Below the pieces are notes generated by a model, which made no database searches, had not been told where the DNA came from, and worked only from the letters and a program-made list of their open reading frames with translations. This document shows positions 53,558 through 64,000 of a stretch of DNA of 64,000 nt, one piece after another. Numbering within the stretch: position 1 is the first letter of the stretch; each line of letters begins with the position of its first letter. Both the position numbers and the translations under genes were made by a program. This DNA is from Mytilus edulis (taxonomy: Eukaryota), in contig NC_092350.1 of NCBI RefSeq assembly GCF_963676685.1, positions 25,668,001 through 25,732,000 of the forward strand, written 5' to 3'.

Positions 53558-56500
53558 ATGCAGTCGGAACTAGAGGAGAAGAGAAAAATGTTGGCCCAAC
53601 TTGAAAAAGTTCCTCAGCCAGAATTTGAAGGAGTTTCGTATCCATCATTTAAGCCGTTTAGGAAAAAAGAAGCCAAGAATGCAATTGAAGATATAATGAA
53701 TTTCAAATCTAGAGATTCAGATATAATAATCTGCACGTATGCAAAGTCAGGTATGGAAGAATATTAGTTATGTTTTAAAATCTAATTGTGTGAACTGACG
53801 TTTGCTTCATATAGTGGTCAGGAGAAACATCTCAAACTTCACGTTTTAGAACAGATAATTCACTACTCATTTTTGTATTAAATAATGGTAGAATTTTTAA
53901 GCTAAAGCTTCAAGTGCCGGTTGTAAATTACAGGAAAAATGCAATACAAGTACGTTTCCATATATTTTTTTTTTATTAGAAACAGCTATTTGGATTAAAA
54001 ACAATTATCCTACAATTTACTTCTGGCACTTGAATGTAATAGCTTTAGTTATTTAAATCCAAATAATTTGTCTAATTTTTCATAGAAATTGACCGCGAAA
54101 TAAAAACAAAAAATAAATTGGTAGACAAAATGAAATATTCACATTAGCGCTGACTCAACAAGGAAGCGAAGTAATAGAAGACTACAAATACAATACAGAA
54201 AAAAAAAGTTTTATGTCCCTGCATGCATGATATGCATGTAGCTGATTGCAAGATAAAAACAATTATACAGAGTGTAAACTGTATATGAAATTTGGACACT
54301 CGATATAATCTGGTTTGCCGTTTTGTACTAGTTGTCTTATTTGATCATCATAATTTTCAATATTTAATTCAATAAGGGTTTTTTTAGTTTGTTTTTTTTT
54401 TTTTATAGATTTTACAAATAAGTAGGATTTATTATTTTGGACATATCATAAATCTTTGTTATGGTAAGGTGATGACAAAAAGCAATTTTCTTAATATTTT
54501 ATATTTTTTTCCAACAATCTTCTTTTAAAAAAAAATGAATTTAAAAGTTAATATTTATTAGGTGAATGGCTTTCCATGACTGATTACTATATGAATTTTT
54601 TTTTATCAATATTCTTTAATTTCAATAATATTTCAAATGTCTGATCCAAGTGAGAGAAAAAAAATACTTTCATTTTAGGAACACATTGGACTTACGAAAT
54701 AGTGAATATGTTACTGAGAAACACGACTGAATTAGACAACCAGAGCAAAATGCAAAGCATGTTAGAAGCAGTTGAAGATTTGTCTGTGCTAGAAGGTGTT
54801 CCATCACCAAGAATTATGGACACGCATTGTCTATTTAAATATTTACCAAAGCAACACAAAGAAAAAAAGGTCAAAATTGTGCACATGATTCGAAATCCTA
54901 AAGATGTATGTGTTTCATATTATTATCACTGTTTAAAAGATATGTTTATCAACTTTGATGGAACATGGGAGGAATTTTTTGAACTGTTTATGTCCGGAAA
55001 ACGTGAGTATTTTAATGACAATAATAGTGCATTGACTTGACATATCAACGATATAAGGATGAGGCTTAGAAACGGGGAAATGCGAGGCTGTGCCGAGCTA
55101 TTTCCCCGTTTCGGTCCGAATCCTTATATCGTTGATATGTCAAGTCAATGCATTATTATTGTTTATATACTGCAATCTAAAAGAGTACTTTTTCAATTGT
55201 TGTTTAGTGTGTATGTTATTATTTGATTAAAATATTGGGAAACTTCCCCTTTTATAAAAAGATCTCATATCATGCAGGCGGAGAAATTTACAGCACAATG
55301 AGATGTACATCTACCTGTTGAAACCTGCAATCGATGATAGAATAAACTAAAGTATCAACAATAAGCATAAAACATAATGATACATAGTTCGCAAACCAAA
55401 AATATTAAAAAGTGAAATATGTTTTTTTTCTTCTAAAATTGCAAAAGAAATAAGTTTGAGTCGTTGTATACTTTGGAAACAATAACAGGTTGAATAGGTC
55501 GTATGAATAATTAATTACAATTTAGGCAATTTGTATTTAAATATTCATGAGGAAAAGTGATATCAGGTCAGTGACTGTATATGACATAGAAATATACGGT
55601 CAACGCATTTTGACTGCTCAAATAGAACGAGTGCAGTATAAATTCTACTAAATGTATTTGTGGTCAACATAACTTTTCATCAACACAATGTTCATGATGA
55701 GTTGCCTTGTAACGTCATTGTTCTCGAGTAGTCACCGATTGGACTACTGGATACCCATTACTTTACTCCGGGTCCGATAACAAAAAACAATCTTAGTTTG
55801 AAATATATGTTTGTTTGACTTGGTCTTGACAGGCTGAATATTATAAAATCATAAACAAGTGCCTTCCTTATTCTTTTTGTTTCTGTTCTTTTTCTCTTTT
55901 TGTGTTCAATGAAGTGATCAACATTAATCTTTTAGTTCTGAAAGGCTACTTTAGTTAGAATCCAGTATATATTATAATTCTTAAAACTAAATAATTCACT
56001 GCAAACATATCAATAGTTTTTTTTTTTATTTCCCTATACTTTAAAGATATATCAAGGTCGATATATTTTGATGTATTTAAAAACAAAATGTATATTGTAT
56101 ACTCCATAGTGCCTTATGGATCATGGTATAACTATGCGTTAGAAATGGAACGAGCAGCAAGCGACTTTCCAGAGACGATTTTTACCTGTTATTATGAAGA
56201 TATGAAAAAGGTAGTCAACTATCTTCATAAAAATATTATGAAAACTTTTAGTGATACATGTGATAGTCATTTTTTTTTTAATATGATTTTACCGCCGTAT
56301 AAAAATTAAACGTGTATAAAACTGACAATTTCAACAGCAAGTTTTGAAGTAAGCATTTGTCAACCAATTTGAAAGACCAATCAAATCTCATAATTTTACC
56401 GTCATGAGTGATGCAGGATCAATAAGCCCTTCCGGAGCACCCGAGATCCCGGCCCGGTTTTATCTGTTGACTGGATGGATGGTCTTTCGTAGTTTTTTAC

Positions 56501-58700
56501 GTTGTCAACCTATGAGATTTGAATGACAATTTAAGTAACATAAAAGTCAGTATAAACTAACAAAAAAGGGCAGGACCGAATATAGTGACTATAAAACTGC
56601 AGGACAGAGATAACAACTGAAAAAAGCACAGTAATTTCTTTTTCATCTTAGCACCACCTCCACAAATCAAATGGTAGCTCCTAAAAGAGGTTAGGATAGT
56701 CAAAATAGAACATTACCATTACCCTCTTAAATACTTTTCCCCAACTTTCATCAACTCCAAATGAAGAAAACATGAATGCTTGGATTTAGGCTTTAGTGTT
56801 GCAGCTTTCCTCAAAATACATCTATTCAACTTTAGACTAATGAGAGGATGTGACCGGAACATTTCAGTTTTCGTTATATTTTGAACATTATTGAATGAAA
56901 AAATGAAACAACATTTCTTTTGATAATTAAAAGAAAAACAACGGATATGGGGTATTCATCCATGACACAAAATCAGTAAATGCACAACCAAAAAAATATG
57001 CCAAGAAGGAACAACGCTTTTATTGCTTCATCTCAGTCAAAGTAAGACCTCAACACTGAGCAAAAAAAAACTCTCAACTCACCTCACTTATGTTACTCCA
57101 AAATATGTTTATTTTGATAGTTATACCACCATATAAATATTAATTTTTTTTAACAACAGTTAACTTTTACAACACATTTAGGAGTAACTGACATAGTTAA
57201 TTCATGGTTTAATTTTTTTAAGGAAAATTCTAACCTATAGATCAATAGGGCGTAATTTTTGGCCAATTTTATTTTGGTCTTGACTAAGCACTACAAAATT
57301 CAGTATTTATTTCAATTAATTTTAAAGTCTAATTTACTTCTTAAGAAATTGTGTAAATATGCATGGTCAATCAGATCATATTATTTTACTTGATGTTGCT
57401 TATTTTCTCATTTCAAGTTTTCCTATTAAGATATTTATGTATTTGTAGCTATAGCTCTCTGTCGTGTTGTAAATATGTTTTCGTTGCTTTTAATAGTATA
57501 ATTAATGCTTTTTTGATAAAGTATTCATTTATTCATTAATAAGTTTAACATACGCATAAAAATACCTTTAGTTCATCCAACTTGATTATACATTATTTTC
57601 TATATCATTACTGGTCTACTCTAGGATCCTGTAAGAGAAATAAAGAAACTTGCAGATTTTCTTGGTACACCATGTACAGACGACACATTAGAAAAGATTG
57701 CCAAAGAAACATCATTTGGAAATATGCAGAAAAACAAATTTGATATCACAGTGATTGTAGATGGCAAAGGGTTCATATATCGGAAAGGTAAGTATATAGT
57801 TTGTCCGATTTGCCAATTTACGTGTTTGTGCATGTAAGATCGCCTGTACAGTTATGTTGTTCACGGTCTGGTCATCTTGAAAATGTAATGGAATTATTCC
57901 ATTCTGTTTTTTCTTTATTATTTAAGAGATTTCTGGTCTGCCATTTGCATCTTTTATCTTTGATTTTGACGCTAGACCGGTTGCAAAATGGCAAATACTT
58001 CTACTTGAGTTAGTTTATGACTAAACTGGTAAGCATGACTTAGGTATGGGCTTTCTAAATGAGGTTAGAAAGTGAAATACAGCAACTCCCAAGTGAACAA
58101 AAGGAGATGTGACATTTACGTCAATGAGACCGCACGCCAACAATATTAATACAGCAAAAAGATCTAGAAATCGGCATACAATCTTCAATAGTAGACAAGA
58201 CTGCCGGGTATCTTAAAATATGTAAAGCTTTAAATTGTCATAAGTTTACTTCAAAACAATTATCACCAATAAACCAAAGAAAAACTATAAAAGATCCGCC
58301 ATCAACAAAACATTCTTTCAACTAGCTTCTTTCTGTCTCTAAAAAAGTTTTTTTTTTAAAACTTTTTATTTACTAAATTGCAAGTACTTCAATCGAAAAG
58401 GTGCAACTGCTGTATTTGTTTCGACTAAATTCAGAAAGTTGTTAACACAAAATGGAGAAATTACTAAATATTATATAATTATGTAAATTCCTTATATTCA
58501 AAATACACACGATTTTGTCAGCTTTCTACACAAACACAGGTGGGGAGTATTCGTACCTCTTGCTTATAATAATGTTAAACTTATTTTCAGGTGAAATAGG
58601 AGATTGGAAAAATCATTTTACGGTCGCACAGAATGAGAAATTTGATGCTCAGTACAAAGAAGAAATGAAAGACAGTAAATACAAGATAACATTTGAATGA
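53558..58700 (+). CDS. Cytosolic sulfotransferase (SULT1-like), 296 aa, five coding exons
   Basis: Exons 53558-53750, 54679-55002, 56110-56210, 57625-57787 and 58591-58700 (891 nt, all GT-AG, in frame). Motifs TYAKSGTHW, PRIMDTH (catalytic His), [32 protein letters not shown]. Acceptor at 53509 implies an upstream non-coding exon. AATAAA at ~58802. Confidence 0.95.
55018..55642 (+). mobile_element. Hairpin-capped non-autonomous element (Crypton-like architecture) in a sulfotransferase intron
   Basis: Near-perfect hairpin 55018-55162 with loop GCGAGGCTGTGCCGAGC; inverted pair TATATACTGCAATC (55164) / GAGTGCAGTATAAA (55629). Confidence 0.65.
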
Positions 58701-59850
58701 AATAATGTGTATAAATTTTGCAAATGAAATTGGAAGGCTAGCCAGTTCCAAACTGTATCAGAACGGCCGAAATTGTACTATCGAGTTGTTATGGCAAGAT
58801 GAATAAATAAAGCGTATCATCTAGTTTTACAGTATTCTTTGTTAATATCAAAATTTACATGTTTGTGTGCAGAAACTTTTATGAAGAAAGCAAATGTATG
58901 TCCATGTGATTGTGTATTACACATTGTAGAACACCACCAAAACTGGGGGGTGATCTCAGGTGCTCCGAAAGGGTAAGCAGATCCTACTTCACAATCACAT
59001 GTGGCACCGTGACATACGTGAGACAAATTAAGGTATACTAGTACTGTCAATTTGAATGATATCTCTTTCTTATTGATGATTGCAGTGTTAATATTTTGAA
59101 TTTATAGTATAGATATTAGAACTAAGCGGATAGGGTGTTTAATTGAAGCACACACTGTTATTTCATCACTTATTTCCTTCTACATACTTTTAATCTACTG
59201 TAAAGTTTCTTATTTTCGCGGATGCTTTTTTCGTTGTTCTTTCTGGCCGATTCGAAATTGGATTTAGATCTTGTCATACGGTGAATGCGCCTGTCTATTA
59301 GTCCAGATGACTTTTAATAAACCTAAGTTTACCCCTCCCCCTTTTTTTCATCTTGAGGAGGGACCCAGATATTAACCCTTTCCTTGCGAAGATGATTTCG
59401 ATTGTGTACATCTTTTTATTTCGCAAAAGAATAGCCAATGGTTAATTCCCCTTAGCAGATCAAAATATATGTTTTATAACATGGCAATGAATAATTCATG
59501 AATACAGCAAATAATTCGGATGGATTGCATAACAATTTCCCAAAAACTTACCAAAAGAAAGAAATGAAGTAATATACACATTTATATACCTGTAAATGCA
59601 CAAGTTCACACACCTGAAAATATCTATCAACCTTTACTCAGTTCGAGAGACAAAATCTGTTGATATGATACAATCAAAAAGATATTGGGTATGTTTTCGT
59701 AAAATAAAATACATACAGGAAGAAATCAAATGCAATGCAATTCTCTAACCCGTAAGCGTTGCCTTCAACAAGGAACTAAAACTTGCACCTCTCTTCAAAT
59801 TCATATACACCGATATCATCGGTTTTAACGGAATTCCTTGTTAAATGTCA

Positions 59851-61000
59851 TTGTGCGGTTATGCAGTTGTAAACTTGAATTCTACTGGCTGCCTTGCAAT
59901 CTGCTAAATAACCATGTTCGCCGTACACAACCCAATCAAATTATCCCAATAGAAGAAACCTTCTTACAAAACATGTACCTGTAGCCAATCAGAAATTGCG
60001 TTGTAATATGTTGACCTTTAACCAATGTGCTCAACCTATTAACCTGAAATCATGTGTGCTATAAAAAAAAAAGTAAGGTACACGCTGTCTTGTGATAACC
60101 TTCGTGTATTGCCCTACATAAGACCAGTTGACTTGTTAGCCTGTCCGCGTGTGGAAATTTCCACTGGTTGACATCTATACATGCATGACGCAATCAATGG
60201 CTTTATCAATCTAGAGAAATTCAAATAAAATATATTTATTATACATCTCTGTATTATATCATACAAACTTAACAGTAATAACAGATTTAAAAATGGTTTT
60301 CGTCCAGAAAAAAATATAAATAAGAAAAAAAATATAAGATGGAATGAAACAAAGTGAAATGCTCCCGATCACATTAAACCCAACGGTAAATAAAAATGTG
60401 TTCGAAAACTATCAGATCTGTTCTTCTAAAAATGAAGTCATTCTTTTTTATAAACAATAGTTACGGAACAGTTGTTGAAAACTTGTGGACATTTCGATCA
60501 GCTTTACGCACATCTATATAAAAATGACCCAACACTTCATTTACTTTTAATGTGTCATACTGTTCAAATCTAGGATCCATTTTCTTTACTTTTAAATACT
60601 CCCTGAAAATAGTGGCTGCTGCTATGTTCTGCTTTATTGTTTTGTCAGCACTCATTTTCAAACGTTTTTGTTCAATTTCTTCATCACTAGTATCAACAAA
60701 TCGTCTTTTACCAGACTCCATCTTTAGTTGGCACAAAAACACATGAACTATGCACTACAAGGAAAATCAATAGATCATAAGGTTACACGATACACATTAA
60801 GAGTGAGGTCAGTGGGCGGAGTTAACATGTTAAAATTGCGAAGTGAAATCTAGGACACTTGTGTATTAAACGTTTCATTAATTATATACCTAATACGGTT
60901 AGCATAACCGCACAAAAATGTTATCATGCTTTGACCTAACTAGCATGATTATTAAGACGGAGTCGAAATAACCATGTTAGTTGGGTCAAAGCATGATAAC
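59851..61000 (-). mobile_element. Crypton-like (DUF3504/tyrosine recombinase-related) element remnant
   Basis: ORF 60461-60724(-) RFVDTSDEEIEQ...KTIKQNIAAATIFREYL...FEQYDTLKVNEVLGHFYIDVRKAD resembles the region N-terminal to DUF3504 in Crypton/KCTD1/ZMYM-like proteins; hairpin 60920-61000; perfect 14-bp inverted repeat at 59851 and 60902. Confidence 0.7.
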
Positions 61001-61693
61001 TTATAATCACGCTACATCTGTGTGCGCTGTGGTCAACATTATGATGTCAATAGACAAAGATATATAATAAGAGAAATTTACCAATAACTATACCACAAGT
61101 CTATACGACATTTCAGAAGATGAACTACTTAGACCACTCGGCTATCAGACAATACAAGACGCAATATACCAATAGGGGAGACAATAAAACTCATAACTTT
61201 GTTTCAGACACGCAACACTATTATAATACAACCAAACGAAAAGAAAAACAAACAAACAGTTTAGAAAAAATACACATAAAACTAGTCATTGAGCAACATG
61301 GCTAAAACTACGTATATGTGTGCGCATGTGCTAGGAAATGGACGTCTAAATTGCAGCTCTCAAAAACATTTGGAACTTACAGATTTTTCCACATTGATAA
61401 ATCCCGGATCTTGCTATTACATCAATATTTGGCTTTTATTTGTCATTGTGTGTATGAAAATTATCAAAATGTTTGATATTTCCTTGTAAATTAAAATGTT
61501 GTATACGTAAATTTTTGATTCACATTTGTACAGTGGCGGGAAAATTATTTTCCATCAATGTAAACAGTGTAAACCACTTCCGGTTTACTTTTTTGTTTGT
61601 TTTTGTTTTGATCGGCAAACAGAGTCTTTGTGATTAAAAAGGTAATAATATCCTATCTATCAATCCTTACACCTTATATAATATGGCTTCCTA

Positions 61694-62002
61694 GTGTGTT
61701 TATCCTGTGTCCTTTGCTCTATTTGCTCGCATGAGTGTACCTGTGACAGTGATGCTATTGTTTGTGATAACTGCGATAAATGGTGTCATATTGCATGTGT
61801 AAATATAAGTCCATCTATGTATGAAAAGTTAGGAAATTCATCAGCACTTTGGATATGCCCGATATGTGATACTCCTAATCACGCTAGAACCATTTTTCAA
61901 TCATACCTCTCATCAGGTAATTCTTTTTTGAACCCTAACTCATATTCAGTACTTTCAGATAGTTCAGCTTTTTCCTTAAGCTTCAATATAAATGACTGTT
62001 GA
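61694..62002 (+). pseudogene. PHD-finger ORF remnant, probably the 5' end of a non-LTR retrotransposon
   Basis: C4HC3 pattern CSIC..CDNCDKWCHIAC..WICPIC followed by a Ser-rich linker; the upstream ATG (61683) is out of frame; no downstream EN/RT. Confidence 0.6.
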
Positions 62003-62327
62003 TATTGATTAGTGGCTTCTTGTGACACATTTCCCTTTTTGTAGACCTTTAGGTAGGTAACCATATCAATGAAATACAACTTGAGATCATTATTAAATAA
62101 AAGAAAATAAATTAAATTGAGCTTTCCCTGTTTGTTAAAAAATCAATTTTGAAAAGAAAAAAGGATAATTGATCTGATACAAGTATAATTATTATGACTT
62201 TTTACTATGCATATACAAACTCCAGTTTAATTATTCATTGCATGCATGTACATAGTGACTATTTCATGTGCATTCCAACATACTTCTGATAAATAATTTT
62301 ACTCAAAAATATATATTGTGTCTTTTT

Positions 62328-62460
62328 TAGCTGTGACTTTTTTTCTTGTGACTTTTTTTGCTGTGACTTGTGACTTTTTTGCTGTGACTTTTTTTCTTGT
62401 AACTTTTTTTCCTAGCCTGTATTTTGTGACTTTTTCCTGTGACTTTTTTTTCGTTTACCA
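62328..62460. repeat. TGTGACTTTTTT subrepeat cluster, probable MITE end
   Basis: About eight TGTGACT(T)n units ending TTTCGTTTACCA. Confidence 0.55.
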
Positions 62461-63814
62461 CTGTATCATAGGCCGATAACACCCCCTCCCTCCCTTTCCC
62501 CCCAACATCACCTTTTATTCATCATAAACTGGTTCAAAATTTAAAATATATAAAAACAAAAAAATCATCATGTATAGTTTTCTAGAAAAAAAAATGTAAA
62601 AACAAGAATTACTTTTTGACTAGCTGCTACGTTTTGCAACTTTAAATAGTAGTCTTGAGCTATTTGACTAGGAATGCCGCTCACGATATCCCCGTAGACA
62701 AAGCACGAACATATGGAGAAAAGATTATCTGTGAAACAGAAGCAACGCTTTGTATTATTTTTTTTTGGAAAATCATATCAAAAGCTGGTTTAAAAGTGCA
62801 GTGACTTTTATGTTATATCGTAGGAAAAGTAACCTGACATGTTTTATTTACGCTTTGCCGTTTACACCCACACAATTTGGTTAAAAAGGTTTTTTTCTTC
62901 TTAGGCGGTTGATAAGTAACTTCGTTTAATAAAAAGGCCATCAAACAAATTATCAGTTTTGAGGTGAAACACATATAGATTAATTTCGATCTAAACCATG
63001 TCAAACTTGACCAAAACCATGACGAATTTCTAGACTTTTAACCGAACCATATCAATCGCTTAACCAAACCATAGCAATTCCAATATCTTGCTTATTCTGC
63101 ATTAATTTCGTGAAACAACAATTCCAATGTAGATATTTTGACTTCAAATACAGATTCAAACATCTCATTTGCTTTTTATTTGCTCGTTTGAATAGAACTG
63201 AGGCAATTGTTTTGGGAAGTACCATAAATTAACCATGTCAATCTTAACCAAACTAGTATGACAAATCACTGTACTAAACCTACTCGATATGACGAGGTTA
63301 CTACCCGTGATAAGCAATGAATTAACTTTATTTGGTGTATGAAATGATTGTAAGTTGATGTCTCTCTTGTAGATATCGTCTGACATTGACCTCATTTTCA
63401 TGGTTCATTGGTCAATATAAAGTTTCTTGTACACTGTAAGCAAAAAGTCAACTATATTCGTTGTATGGAATGATAAAAAGGTGAACATGTACATGTCTGG
63501 CTTGGTTTATCTGACCTTGACCTCTTTTTCATGGATCAAGTTAAGTTTATGTGAAATTCGTAGTAAACTTCGCTTTCGTTTAGAACTCTGAACAATCAAT
63601 GGTCAGCGAGACACTTTAGTGTGTACTCTCTTGTTTTAATTTTTTATTGCGAGATCGACAAAGCAGGTGAATTATCCACGCGTTTTGGTTTGGAGGGATT
63701 GTGCTTGATTTTCATATCATAAAGACATAATTTTTCAATCAGTTTAATTGGGGTCTGTATAGCTGGCATGTCAGTAACTGCTGTAGTAGTCCTTTGTAAA
63801 TTTATGTATCATTT

Positions 63815-64000
63815 TTATTAGCTCACCTGGCCCACAGGGCCAAGTGAGCTTTTCTCATCACTTGGCGTCCGTCGTCGTCGTCCGTCGTCGTTAACTTTTA
63901 CAAAAATGTTCTCCTCTAAAACTACTTGGCCAAATTTAACCAAACTTGGCCACAATCATCATTAGGGTATCTAGTTTAAAAAATGTGTCCGGTGACCCGG
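63815..64000. mobile_element. Helentron/HINE-type element end, cut by the window edge
   Basis: Stem-loop AGCTCACCTGGCCC..GGGCCAAGTGAGCT followed by a (CGT)n/CGTC microsatellite. Confidence 0.65.

Overview
AT-rich, repeat-dense eukaryotic genomic DNA with spliceosomal introns. The repeat families point to a bivalve mollusc, probably Mytilus (inference from recalled repeat sequences, not a database result). Two host genes can be assembled by hand on the + strand. The first is a YWTD/LDLR-class-B beta-propeller gene (exons 14335-33527, first exon not found). The second is a complete 296-aa cytosolic sulfotransferase (53558-58700). Between them lies a decayed Polinton/Maverick (endogenous DNA virus-like) fossil at about 36.9-41.9 kb that the ORF track does not show: major capsid protein, small membrane protein and A32-like packaging ATPase on +, and a protein-primed DNA polymerase B on -. 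One intron of the propeller gene holds a young Penelope-like element with an N-terminal GIY-YIG (Naiad-type) nested in an older Penelope-like element with a C-terminal GIY-YIG. The same gene also contains hammerhead-ribozyme-type tandem repeats and a 31-bp pyrimidine-rich minisatellite. The most distinctive unexplained structure is a set of three elements (48.2, 55.0 and 59.9-61.0 kb) sharing one asymmetric design: a long terminal hairpin, then a 14-bp inverted repeat whose partner closes the far end. One of the three carries a Crypton/DUF3504-like ORF remnant. Many MITEs, Helentron-type elements and truncated retroelement 3' ends fill the rest. All family calls come from manual translation and recalled motifs; no searches were run.
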